NCBI GenBank assembly: GCA_046482545.1
Contig: JAWOEX010000032.1
Location: 64,001-128,000, forward strand
DNA length: 64,000 bases
Source of the DNA: Candidatus Thorarchaeota archaeon
Lineage (GTDB): Archaea > Asgardarchaeota > Thorarchaeia > Thorarchaeales > Thorarchaeaceae
Reading direction: 5' to 3'
Position numbers and translations under genes: made by a program. The notes under the pieces were generated by a model. The model was not told the origin of the DNA, did no database searches, and was given only the letters and a program-made list of their open reading frames with translations. Shown one piece after another: positions 29,409 to 38,970 of this stretch. Position 1 is the first letter of the stretch, and each line of letters opens with the position of its first letter.

Positions 29409-30365
29409 TTACTTAGCTTGTGAAATAGCGGATTTCATCATAGCAGTCATATCTGCAGCTTGCTCCCAGTACTGATCAAATGTGTTGGCAGTATCTCGAA
29501 TCAACAATTCATTATCCTGCTTGGTTACTAGGAAGGCTGTATTCGCTTTGTACGTATCAGTGAAATATAATATCATCAGTTCGTCGTCTCTAATAACGGC
29601 CCGATATGTATCGCTTTTCTCTTCAATAACCCGAAATTTCAAACATCCTGAGGATACTGCCTTGCCTAAGAGCGGTAACGCATCATGCATGAATGACGAT
29701 ATTGATTTCGGTTCATTTGTTTCCTGCTGCTCCCTGAAGAGAAGCACCCGAAACTCAACTCCCTGTACTGCTTGTTCAAGCATTCTAACCTCAACCGGTC
29801 CTCTCTCATCAAGATCACCGCCAAGAGAATTCGAGGAGTTTGAAATTCTGATGATGCTATCTTCTCCTGCAGCGTTGCAGATTTGCCTGACCAATGCATT
29901 TCTGATATTCTCATTTCCTTGGATTAACTGAGAATACTGTCTGGAAGGCTGCTCAGATTTGCCTGCGAGTTCTCTGGCAAGGTTAGAGCTGCTTGCGTTT
30001 AGAACAGCCCTTCGGGCTCTTCTGTTATCATCTAAATCCTTCTGCAGCTTAGCAATTCGTCTTGATTTGATGGTTTCAAGGGCTTTGGCTATGGTCTCCT
30101 TTGTAGCCATATACTTGTTCGGGGTACTAATGCGGTCCACAACTACAAACTTGTCTTCTTCAAGTTCTCCCAGACACTTGTAAATCCAAGCCTTCGACAG
30201 GTTATCATCACGCCCATCGTTGACTATCTCAAAGATTGTGTCAAAATCAGATGTGGCGGATTCGCCTTCTACTGACTTCAGAACAGCTTTAAGAACCTTC
30301 ATCTTCCGTGATTCCATATCTAGATTAAAGAGTGCGAGCTCGGAAAGATGTTTTCGACTACTCAT
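29409..30365 (-). CDS. TrmB-like regulator (wHTH + coiled coil + PLD-fold effector domain), paralogue 3
   Basis: SKAWIYKCLGELEEDKFV helix-wing, IQG.ENI, GVEFRVL, FDQYWEQA. ATG at 30365 overlaps the upstream TAA (TAATG). Confidence 0.75.
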   Translation of the reverse strand: MSSRKHLSELALFNLDMESRKMKVLKAVLKSVEGESATSDFDTIFEIVNDGRDDNLSKAWIYKCLGELEEDKFVVVDRISTPNKYMATKETIAKALETIKSRRIAKLQKDLDDNRRARRAVLNASSSNLARELAGKSEQPSRQYSQLIQGNENIRNALVRQICNAAGEDSIIRISNSSNSLGGDLDERGPVEVRMLEQAVQGVEFRVLLFREQQETNEPKSISSFMHDALPLLGKAVSSGCLKFRVIEEKSDTYRAVIRDDELMILYFTDTYKANTAFLVTKQDNELLIRDTANTFDQYWEQAADMTAMMKSAISQAK

Positions 30366-31276
30366 TAGGCAACACACTCAAGCAGGTTAACCGATGACAA
30401 GAACTCTGCATCAAAGCTGTCCATAACATCGTCCAATAGTGATGGATTCTCATTTCGAGGTACACATATCGATGCCAATGGCTCTTCTGCTACTGTCAAC
30501 ACGAGAACATCTGTGTTCCTCGCAACTATCTGGTATGTTAGATCTCCCGTTCGAATGCGAAAATCAACATCCAGCCCTTCACTTTTGAATGAGATATACT
30601 CCTCTTTTGTATCTCTCCATTTGTCCTTCACTTGCTTACATGCCTCAGTGAACAAGGCTCTCACTCTGACCCCTCTTGATGCGAGATTTCCGAGCCCCTC
30701 TAGTCTTTTGTTCCATTTATCAGACAGGAGATCCACATCATCAACAGTAATTCGAATAGTGTCTCCTTTGACCGCTTGGGCGTAGGCTTCTCGGTCCGCC
30801 ATAAGTTGTAGACTTCTGAGGCCCATACCGAAACGTGATCTATCTGTCCATTTTGCATCAGTTATTGCCTTGATGAGCCTGTCGACCAGAAGACCTATAT
30901 CCATATTTCTGAGCCGTTCTAGTTGCCTTTCCAGTTTGACTTCCCTTTCGGATAGTTCGTCTAGGGTGCGCTCTCTTTTCTTTTGCAGAGTTTTCTCTAT
31001 TCGCTCCAAGTCTGAGGAGTATCTATGTCTATAGCCGCTCCTGTCTACCTCAATGAAGCCATCAGCCTCCAAGGAACTCAGCAAGCGATAGATCAATGAT
31101 TTGTTGGGTTTCTCTGTATCATCGCTCTGAAGACGCTTGAGAATTTCGGAGAAACCAACCCTGGATTCATTCTCACCTGCTTGAAGGAGTGCTCGTAATA
31201 CGTCCATCTTCTTCTCATGTGAATCCACATCAAGAAACCGGAGTACTGATAATTCATCCTTCCTTGCTGCGGTCAT
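30365..31276 (-). CDS. TrmB-like regulator, paralogue 2
   Basis: NKSLIYRLLSSLEADGFI, coiled coil, GDTIRI, RGVRVRAL, TYQIVARN, SFDAEF. Confidence 0.75.
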   Translation of the reverse strand: MTAARKDELSVLRFLDVDSHEKKMDVLRALLQAGENESRVGFSEILKRLQSDDTEKPNKSLIYRLLSSLEADGFIEVDRSGYRHRYSSDLERIEKTLQKKRERTLDELSEREVKLERQLERLRNMDIGLLVDRLIKAITDAKWTDRSRFGMGLRSLQLMADREAYAQAVKGDTIRITVDDVDLLSDKWNKRLEGLGNLASRGVRVRALFTEACKQVKDKWRDTKEEYISFKSEGLDVDFRIRTGDLTYQIVARNTDVLVLTVAEEPLASICVPRNENPSLLDDVMDSFDAEFLSSVNLLECVA

Positions 31277-31278
31277 TA

Positions 31279-32307
31279 TTATCCCTTTCCCTCCAGGAAG
31301 ATTTTCGTTATCTCCACATCTGTGTCTACTCCAAACGCTTCAATATCAGAAGTTTCAAGATTAAGAACAGATTTTGACTCGCTCCAGATTTTGTCGAAAG
31401 ACTCAATTGCAGAGTCAATTAGATCGGCATTGAAACGGCGGCTTATCCATGCTCCCGTAATTGGCTGTTCCGTAATCATCAACGCCATGCTCTCATTATT
31501 CACCGCAACAAATTGGTAATGCTTTTTGCTGACATTGAAGAAACGCGCATCTGCATCACAACCATTTTTTTGAAGCTGAACTAGCTCAGCTAGACTTCTT
31601 TCAACAAACTTGCGTAGTTGCTGGTTGTTCTGGATATTACTCTTCTTTATTATGGCGGTTGGAACTCCATATCGGAGTTTGATATCCTTTTGAGCCATTT
31701 TCAATATCTTCTTGACTCTTGATTCGAGTCTATGCATGAATGGGTTAAGTGTCAGTATACAGATTCTGAGAACATCTCCCTGTTTGAGGTTGTTGTATAG
31801 TGTGGTATCGACAATACGATGGAATTCATGTACCCCCTTGATGAACCTGGCCTTAAGGGCCTGCCTTTTTCCGGTTATCCTTTCAGTAATTTCCTGAGCA
31901 AGGGTAGCAGAATCCAGATTCTTGATTGTTTCCAGCTCTTGCTTTTTTTTGGCTATTGTGTTCTTTACTCTCTCAATTGCTTTCTTTCTCAGGACATCTA
32001 AGCCATTCATCACTGATTTGGCATCTGCTAGGTAAGTTTTCCTATGCGCACGTTTTCCAAAAACTGTTACAAGACCATCATCAACAAGTGACTTCAGCAC
32101 CTTGTGAATCCACGCTTTTGAAGGTCGTGCGCCCGGTTCTTCCTTGAGGAGGGCCTCGTATGCCTCCGTGAAAGATATTGGCTTACGTTTTTCATCACAT
32201 TTCTTTAGCATTGTTTGCAGAAGACTCAAGGAGCGTGAATCATAGTCAATTCCAGTACTGAACCCCAGCAAATCTAGCACTTCTGCAGCTTCTTCACTAA
32301 TCGGCAT
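31279..32307 (-). CDS. TrmB-like regulator, paralogue 1
   Basis: SKAWIHKVLKSLVDDGLV, coiled coil, FIKG..EF, GDVLRI, HYQFVAVN, SFDKIWSES. Confidence 0.75.
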   Translation of the reverse strand: MPISEEAAEVLDLLGFSTGIDYDSRSLSLLQTMLKKCDEKRKPISFTEAYEALLKEEPGARPSKAWIHKVLKSLVDDGLVTVFGKRAHRKTYLADAKSVMNGLDVLRKKAIERVKNTIAKKKQELETIKNLDSATLAQEITERITGKRQALKARFIKGVHEFHRIVDTTLYNNLKQGDVLRICILTLNPFMHRLESRVKKILKMAQKDIKLRYGVPTAIIKKSNIQNNQQLRKFVERSLAELVQLQKNGCDADARFFNVSKKHYQFVAVNNESMALMITEQPITGAWISRRFNADLIDSAIESFDKIWSESKSVLNLETSDIEAFGVDTDVEITKIFLEGKG

Positions 32308-32560
32308 ATTTACCCCAACTTTTCTATTAATATTTGATTAAATAAAGTATCATAAGGTTTTCAAGAGATACTTACTCAATTAATGTTGAATAGAACAATA
32401 TTAAATATATGCCGTTTGTTGTTTCGCTTGGATTCGTGAGTTACGAATTCTAGGGCTAAGATAGGCGTTCTTCGCCAGACGAGGCAGGAGTAGGAGGGGA
32501 GACCTTCTACTTTCTGAGGTGATTCCTCTTCTCCTCTTGTCTCTATTTCTCTGGCAGCCA

Positions 32561-33790
32561 CTATGGCCCAACAAGAGCCACACTCTTCAGGTAACCCTTG
32601 CCAATTCTCATGATCATGGGCAGGAATTCGGTAAGCAGCGTCATGATTTCCCCGACCGAAACATGACCTTGGATTATAGAATTGAGCGTTCTCGCATCGA
32701 GGGAATTAAGCACTATTTCTGCTGCTTCAAGAGGATCATTGAGCATTGCATATCGTGATACCGCCCACATACCATCGCCTGTATTTTGTATATTCCAGGC
32801 TATCTTCGAGTTCCGATACTCCTTTTCGTACTGCCGGATGCTGCTTTTAGAGAAATCATTTTCAGAGACAGCCCGTGAAGCATGCTTTGCCAATAGAGTT
32901 CCGGCGTGGAAACATGTCGTAACTCCTCCGCCTACGATTGATGATACTTGGCCAGCGGCATTTCCACAAAGAGCTACTCCTGCATCGGTGAATCTTGGGA
33001 TTATCCCGGCACATGGCACCACACCACCATTTACGGACGCAATAGTAGCATTCTTCGTTTCAGGGAACTTGTTCTTGTATTTCCTCAAAACATCAGTCAT
33101 CGGGGGCAGTCGTTCCCATTGTTCTTTGGAAGAGGGAACACGGCCAATCCCAAGATTTACTTCTGTTTCGCTTCTAGGATAGAACCAGAGATAACCCAGA
33201 CCCACATCACGACCGACATAGAAGTATGCGGTGGTAGGATCAATATCCTTACAGTTTTCGAGTTTCCACCGATAGCCATAACTCAGCAACCATTTTGGTC
33301 TCTTGAAGCCGGCAGTATCCGAGACTTTGCTGAATGATCCGTCTGCCCCTACAACTAGGTTTGCTTGTTCTTTCTCATTCTCGTTATATCTGACTCCATT
33401 CACCTTTCCATTTTTCTTGATGACGGAATTCACTCTGCTGGAGAATCTGAATTCAACACCGTTTGACTCAGCACGCTCTTTCATCAGTTGCTGGCATTTG
33501 TCCTCATCGAGCAGGTATGAGTTGCCCAGTAAACCTTCTCCCACCACTATATTTGAGCCAGTATCCAAGCTCTCTCCGATGATTTTCTCGTACTTGTTTC
33601 CAATATATTCAGAATCTGGGCTTACCTTGAGTAGCCTCAATGCCTTGTCCGTAACGAGTTCGCCCATAAGGGAGTCAGTGACACGCTCTCTCTTTTCCAG
33701 TACAAGTGTGTCAAATCCTTTCTCAGAAATCCTATCAGCTGTCATCAATCCTGCGGGGCCAGTTCCTGCTATTATCACGTCGAATGTCAT
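32561..33790 (-). CDS. Geranylgeranyl reductase family FAD-dependent oxidoreductase
   Basis: DVIIAGTGPAG, VGADGSFS, GYLWFYP, NLGIG, CGNAAGQV...GGG. Confidence 0.88.
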   Translation of the reverse strand: MTFDVIIAGTGPAGLMTADRISEKGFDTLVLEKRERVTDSLMGELVTDKALRLLKVSPDSEYIGNKYEKIIGESLDTGSNIVVGEGLLGNSYLLDEDKCQQLMKERAESNGVEFRFSSRVNSVIKKNGKVNGVRYNENEKEQANLVVGADGSFSKVSDTAGFKRPKWLLSYGYRWKLENCKDIDPTTAYFYVGRDVGLGYLWFYPRSETEVNLGIGRVPSSKEQWERLPPMTDVLRKYKNKFPETKNATIASVNGGVVPCAGIIPRFTDAGVALCGNAAGQVSSIVGGGVTTCFHAGTLLAKHASRAVSENDFSKSSIRQYEKEYRNSKIAWNIQNTGDGMWAVSRYAMLNDPLEAAEIVLNSLDARTLNSIIQGHVSVGEIMTLLTEFLPMIMRIGKGYLKSVALVGP

Positions 33791-33913
33791 TTATCAAATG
33801 TCTCCGCATGTTGCCTGTCTGATTTGGGCGACACGATGATGAAGCCTCTATATCTGTTTCCCTCATAGGAATATCTTCAAATTCAAGTACTTCTTCCCTA
33901 ATGGTAGCCCTAA

Positions 33914-34771
33914 ATGCGGAGAGCCCAGAGAGTGAAAATAAGGACCATACTTTACGGTACCTATCTTGTGTTATCCATTCTGATTAGCCTCACATTGGCC
34001 TCAGTTCCGGCAATTATGGTATTCGCTTGGGCGTATCATAATATAGATGCCTTCATGAACAACCTATTCTGGCCGATTTCAAGCATCCATCCATGGTTTA
34101 CGCAGACTTTTGCTGGTATGTTCCCTTCACTAATCTATGAGCGGTTTTGGTTCATCGTTCTTCTCGTTCCAATAGGACTAACATCATATTGCATATTCCT
34201 TGGCATTCTGCTGGCCCTCTTCCTGCTCTTTCGGAAAGGGATACCATATCTAGAAGATGGCTATTACAATTCAGAAAGTGAAAAGTGGTTGCTCTACGAA
34301 TTCTACGAGGTATACTATATCTTGCTACCATATTTCGCTGGTTTCTTCACGATATTCACGGATACTAGATTCCGTCATGTGTGGTTTGGTGCTGAAATCG
34401 GAAAGGGAACAGTAGTCGGAAATGGCAGACTATTCAATCCTGAAAGGACTGTTATTGGAGAGAATTGCTTCTTCGGATATGATGCCATACTTAGTGGCCA
34501 TGTCTACGAAGGAGACTCTCTTTATTTGAAAACAGTAAAGCTGGGTGACAATGTTACCGTAGGTGCAAATGCTGTTGTCTTGGCTGGAGCGGAGATTGGT
34601 GACAATGTCACTGTAGGTGCCGCCTCAGTGGTTCCTAAAGATACAGTAGTTCCGGATGATACGATTTGGGTGCGAGGTAAGGCTATCCCAAAGGATGAAT
34701 CCCTCCGAAAATCGAACATGGAATCAAAAAACGATGAGGAAGAATCACCTAGACCTGGAGAACATCTATAG
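33914..34771 (+). CDS. Membrane protein with C-terminal left-handed beta-helix (hexapeptide acyltransferase-like) domain
   Basis: 2-3 TM helices, then GAEIGKGT, IGENCFFG, LGDNVTVGANAVV, IGDNVTVGAASVV. Confidence 0.82.
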   Translation: MRRAQRVKIRTILYGTYLVLSILISLTLASVPAIMVFAWAYHNIDAFMNNLFWPISSIHPWFTQTFAGMFPSLIYERFWFIVLLVPIGLTSYCIFLGILLALFLLFRKGIPYLEDGYYNSESEKWLLYEFYEVYYILLPYFAGFFTIFTDTRFRHVWFGAEIGKGTVVGNGRLFNPERTVIGENCFFGYDAILSGHVYEGDSLYLKTVKLGDNVTVGANAVVLAGAEIGDNVTVGAASVVPKDTVVPDDTIWVRGKAIPKDESLRKSNMESKNDEEESPRPGEHL

Positions 34772-34816
34772 ACCGGATTCTACTTCACGAAGATGTAGGT
34801 CCATTCAAAAGAGATA

Positions 34817-35836
34817 TCAGGAGGATGGCTTCTCATCCATTGAAGGATCCCATATTTCTGATTCACTAGGCTTTGGCAGCAGGAACACAGCAGCGGCTCC
34901 GATAATAAAGACAATTGGCAGGGGGCTCGATCTGAGAGTGAAAGGTGAACTCCAAAAAAGCGCCTGATAGAGTATATCAACCACGTAGTGCGACACCGGT
35001 CTCAGAATACCGATTAACAATACTTCCTCCCTAGTCCGTTTGCCTTTATAGTAGCCACATATCGTGTAGGCGAACAGAAGCCCAAGAAGGGTCACAATTT
35101 GTCCCATTACATCTCCGAAAAAGCCAAACATAACGGGTGGTATCGTATTCGGTTGATAAAGCCAGATTGGAGCGAGAATGTAAAACTGATTGGGTTCGAA
35201 TAAGTCTGGAAGGATCCAGAATTCATGGGGGCTTATGAACACAAAGAGGGTTATGGCACATGCAAGAATTCTTGGATCGGGCCATAGTTTCTGTCCTTGT
35301 TCGCGCTCTTGCGAATCTGCAAGAAGTATGCTTCTGTAGAATAGAATCCCCGAAAGGCCTGCTACCATTGGGATTAGAGTAGCAAGAACGAGGGGAGGAA
35401 CGATGTTATGTTCAATATCAATAGTTGTCGGCGGTACAGGTTCACCGGTTTGATTAATTGTGAGATTGAGAATCGTATCAACGTATCCTCTATTACTAAT
35501 CTGCAATTGATAGTTTGATGTGCGAGGTGTGTATGATGAGTTCCTCTGCAGCGAATCATGGAAAACCCTCATCGTCGTAGAACCTTTATCTGAGTTCAGC
35601 TCAATTACCAGTAGTGGTTCCTCCACTGTAGTATTGACTTCTCTCACATGATATTCTATTCTATGAGGGGCATAAGGTTCAAGGCTAACCGAATCAGTAT
35701 AGGTTTCATTCTTTGAAAGATGTAGGTCATTGACTTCCCAAACTACATCATTCATTTCTTGTGCCTGAGCAATTGGGGCATTCAGAAACGACACTGAGAA
35801 TAGCAGTAACAATGCGAGGGCATCTTTTATCTCCAT
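34817..35836 (-). CDS. Hypothetical membrane protein: surface domain (like 5265-5822) fused to a multi-TM domain (like 4688-5152)
   Basis: Signal peptide, beta-rich APHRI domain with NxT/S sequons, TM, then ~4 TM ending LP....EIWD. Confidence 0.8.
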   Translation of the reverse strand: MEIKDALALLLLFSVSFLNAPIAQAQEMNDVVWEVNDLHLSKNETYTDSVSLEPYAPHRIEYHVREVNTTVEEPLLVIELNSDKGSTTMRVFHDSLQRNSSYTPRTSNYQLQISNRGYVDTILNLTINQTGEPVPPTTIDIEHNIVPPLVLATLIPMVAGLSGILFYRSILLADSQEREQGQKLWPDPRILACAITLFVFISPHEFWILPDLFEPNQFYILAPIWLYQPNTIPPVMFGFFGDVMGQIVTLLGLLFAYTICGYYKGKRTREEVLLIGILRPVSHYVVDILYQALFWSSPFTLRSSPLPIVFIIGAAAVFLLPKPSESEIWDPSMDEKPSS

Positions 35837-35963
35837 TTTTCCATCTTAACTCCTAATCAACTTGAGATAGCCTTATCGCGAATTTCTTTGATTGAAACCT
35901 TTTGAGAATATGGGGAAACCCAATCTAAATCGGCATGGGTCATCTCTTAGAGTGCTTTCAATT

Positions 35964-36137
35964 TCAACCTTCATAGCCACTACTGTCTTTGAATTCCATA
36001 GCTTCATAATCAACTGGATTCCAGTCGCCCAAGTTTTCATCTGTATTATCATATGTATCGGTTGTACGTGTTGTAGCCCTAACCGGTATCAGCGCTGATG
36101 ACGATATGAGGGTCACAACTAATAGAACAAGCATCAC
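35964..36137 (-). pseudogene. Truncated paralogue of the secreted protein 5804-6298
   Basis: Manual translation (57 aa, shorter than any track ORF): VMLVLLVVTLISSSALIPVRATTRTTDTYDNTDENLGDWNPVDYEAMEFKDSSGYEG*, versus LLVMTVSLLLIVSVRAWSEIGVERYDDFDDNPGTWDEDKNKAIEG. Confidence 0.65.
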
Positions 36138-36473
36138 CCCTCTTTCTAGTATTAATTTTAATCACCTTTTCTTTAAAGGGTTATTATATTTAAATTTTTC
36201 GGGCTGGTGACTTCTTCGAAAAGAGACTAAGAACATCTTCTAGAAGACAGTTTTCGCATAGCAAAGCCTTCAATATGGCTTTCTCATAACACTGCAATGA
36301 TCGGCTAAGTAGAAACCTCCTTAGATTGTCTAATTAACTAGTCAATGAAGAGAAGTTTGCAGATTTTTTGGGACTGAACACTTCGAGAGTGCATTTTGGT
36401 CAATTTATCATATCGACACCTTGCCTCAAGGGAGCTTTTATACCCACAACCGAGGTAGGTACTTGACGTAAAG

Positions 36474-37892
36474 ATGTCAACAACAAAGGCCAAGTACACT
36501 CCACGGGGCTATCAAGAGTACATCTTAGACCGAATTGAAGAGCTTGGGAATGAGAATGTACTCGTGGAGCTGGACTGCGGCTTGGGGAAACGGTTCTTGA
36601 CGCATCAACTCGTTGTAGAGACATTTCCCGAGAAACGCTTCATCATTGTGGTACATTCCACATCCTCTTTGGCTGAGACAGTAGACTACATGGAATCCGA
36701 ATATGGTGGGCTTTCAGAGAATCTTGGAGAGCTATCTTCTCGTGTCCGATCTGGAATGCGGGAATACATTCTACGGGAGAAACGCGTAATTGTTTCCACA
36801 CCGCAAGTCCTTGCCAATGTTTCCAAAAAACATCCCACCCTTTTGGATGACATCGATGTTGCAATTATCAACGAAGTTGATACATTGGTCAGAAGGACTC
36901 GTGGAAGGACTGCTTTGGTCTTTCCTTGGCCAACGCTTCTTACCTTCTTGAGAGAAAAGCGGATAATCGGCATGAGCGGGACATTGAGGGATGAACATGC
37001 TGTTTTTACAGAAGAGCAACTGGAAATTCGAAAGGAACTCAAGACCCTGTTGAAGCATATACCTGACGCAAACCTACTGACAATGGAAGACTTGTATGGT
37101 ACCGATATGGATGACTATATTGAGGAAACCGTAATTTCAGTTGTGCCGGTCTATAACAAGAGAATTCAGTCAATCTCTATCGTCATCGATGAGCTCATAA
37201 GAAATACCCGGATCGAGATTATCAACCAGCTCCAAGAGAGTGATAATCTTCACCTTGTGCAAGGAGATTCGCGCAGAATTCATCTCATGCTGGAGCGACT
37301 ACCGATTTCAGACGATCTGAAAGGGAGGTATTCAGGCCTGTTACTTCTTCGGAAGTACGTATATGCTATGCCACCAAAACAGTTCATCAGGATGTTTCAC
37401 AATGAGTATCTCAAACATTACTTCAACGTGAGTGAAATCCGCAAAGTTCTTCCCCATATTTCTCCAAAAGCAGCAAAGATTGTAGAATTAGCGAAACAGT
37501 ACGACAAAGTTGTAGTGCTATCCTCCTATCTGAGGATGGTTTCTCAGGTTCAGGACCTTCTCTCCAAAGCAGGAATGACCGTTCGCAAAATCACAGGAAA
37601 AACGCGGGACAAGGTTTCGGTTCTTAATTCGTTCAAGAAAGAGGCGGTTGATGCACTTGTCATGTCGCCTGTTGGAGAACGTGATTTGGATTTACCTGAA
37701 GCTGACGCGATGATTGTGGCTGATATCATCAATACCAGCAAAACCATGTATCAGAAATTCAAGCGAACCCGTGGTGGACAGGTGATTATTCTCGTATATG
37801 AAGGAACAAGTGAAGAGCGTAAGGTCGAAGGCTTGGTAAATCGAGTTCTCGACCGATATCCTTGGTCTACACGTACTGATGAATTCAGCTGA
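36474..37892 (+). CDS. SF2 helicase-like protein (Hef/FANCM-like core) with degenerate ATPase motifs
   Basis: Q motif PRGYQ, motif I DCGLGKR, Ib VSTPQ, II INEVD, III MSGT, V VGERDLDLP, VI QKFKRTRG. Confidence 0.8.
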   Translation: MSTTKAKYTPRGYQEYILDRIEELGNENVLVELDCGLGKRFLTHQLVVETFPEKRFIIVVHSTSSLAETVDYMESEYGGLSENLGELSSRVRSGMREYILREKRVIVSTPQVLANVSKKHPTLLDDIDVAIINEVDTLVRRTRGRTALVFPWPTLLTFLREKRIIGMSGTLRDEHAVFTEEQLEIRKELKTLLKHIPDANLLTMEDLYGTDMDDYIEETVISVVPVYNKRIQSISIVIDELIRNTRIEIINQLQESDNLHLVQGDSRRIHLMLERLPISDDLKGRYSGLLLLRKYVYAMPPKQFIRMFHNEYLKHYFNVSEIRKVLPHISPKAAKIVELAKQYDKVVVLSSYLRMVSQVQDLLSKAGMTVRKITGKTRDKVSVLNSFKKEAVDALVMSPVGERDLDLPEADAMIVADIINTSKTMYQKFKRTRGGQVIILVYEGTSEERKVEGLVNRVLDRYPWSTRTDEFS

Positions 37893-37948
37893 TGAGGGCC
37901 GGAGAGGGGTCCTCCCTATGTGGTATTGCCCCTCCTGGCTGATAACAC

Positions 37949-38857
37949 CTACTTGATGACCGGCAAGAAAGTGGAGGCGAGCACACCGAAAAGGGGTTCG
38001 AAATACTGAGGATCAATCTCACGATAGATATAGTTCGCAACTTCTATGAAATGATCGGTACGAGATGCTGCATCCTCACCCGCCCCCAGAACCTTTTCGG
38101 CCATTTTTGTAATCCGTTTCCGTGCCTTTTTGCCATGCTCATAGTTTTCAAGTACCGCCTTGGTGTCTTCTTCGATGCGTTGCACTCTGCTTTTCACACG
38201 TATATCTGAAACCTCATCTACTCCCATGGAATTAGCGGTTTTCATGAGTATATTCATGATTGCAGCTTCTAATCCTTCGACGAGCTCCTCTATCTCATAA
38301 GCTGTAAATTTCACAGAATCCTTTGCTAGGAGTTCCCACTTCAGGCTGCTAGTTCGTTTCAGTGTGATTTTCTGATTTCCAATGTTGATTACCTCGGTGT
38401 AATAATCGCCGTCCATGCTGCTTAGCAACGAAGTTCTTAACACAGCGGCTTTAGGCAGTGTGAGTCTCACCGAGTTTCCCTTGTTCTCTACGATAACAGA
38501 TTGTAGAGAATCGGCATTTTTGCTAACGAATCTAGATTCTTTATGGGTCTCAAGTGAAGGTAGGTTTCTGAGTGATTTAACAAGCTGAAGAATTTCGTCT
38601 TCAGAACAGCTGTATCTGTATCCATCACCAGAAATCAATATAGCGCCGTTCTCTTCACGATCAAACTCGATTACATTACCTCCCCCGACATTGGTGGTTT
38701 TCTTGTAGGTCTGATGAAACTCCTTTGGAGTTTGGGCCACCTTTTCGAGAGCTGCTGCAACCATGTGGGCTTCCCCGTAACCAATCGTTATCTCGGCTTC
38801 ACCCTTTGTTGCTCTGCCGAGTCCTACTGCACCATCGTTCCTTAGCTTGATATACAT
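37949..38857 (-). CDS. Hypothetical soluble protein with apparent internal beta-meander/helix repeats
   Basis: 302-aa ORF with protein-like composition, preceded by GAAGG; no recognised catalytic motif. Confidence 0.8.
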   Translation of the reverse strand: MYIKLRNDGAVGLGRATKGEAEITIGYGEAHMVAAALEKVAQTPKEFHQTYKKTTNVGGGNVIEFDREENGAILISGDGYRYSCSEDEILQLVKSLRNLPSLETHKESRFVSKNADSLQSVIVENKGNSVRLTLPKAAVLRTSLLSSMDGDYYTEVINIGNQKITLKRTSSLKWELLAKDSVKFTAYEIEELVEGLEAAIMNILMKTANSMGVDEVSDIRVKSRVQRIEEDTKAVLENYEHGKKARKRITKMAEKVLGAGEDAASRTDHFIEVANYIYREIDPQYFEPLFGVLASTFLPVIK

Positions 38858-38930
38858 GTAAATACCTTCAACTCTTGGCTATCATGAAGGCACAAAACTG
38901 TTCTGCCGCCGGATTTCCATCAAGTTAGCC

Positions 38931-38940
38931 TTTAAGTAGT
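38931..38940 (+). promoter_or_regulatory. TATA-box-like element of metallophosphoesterase copy 1 (mirrored at 40631-40640)
   Basis: TTTAAGTAGT and CTTAAGTAGT lie at the same distance (40 nt) before the ATGs at 38971 and 40671, in otherwise diverged upstream DNA. Confidence 0.55.
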
Positions 38941-38970
38941 ATGCTGCCATTATCTGTTCTTGTGGATGAA

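Noticed and set aside
29409-32307. PLD-nuclease defence system together with the DHH gene
   Set aside because: No HxK catalytic motif in any of the three paralogues, and the DHH gene is on the opposite strand; a regulator interpretation is simpler.
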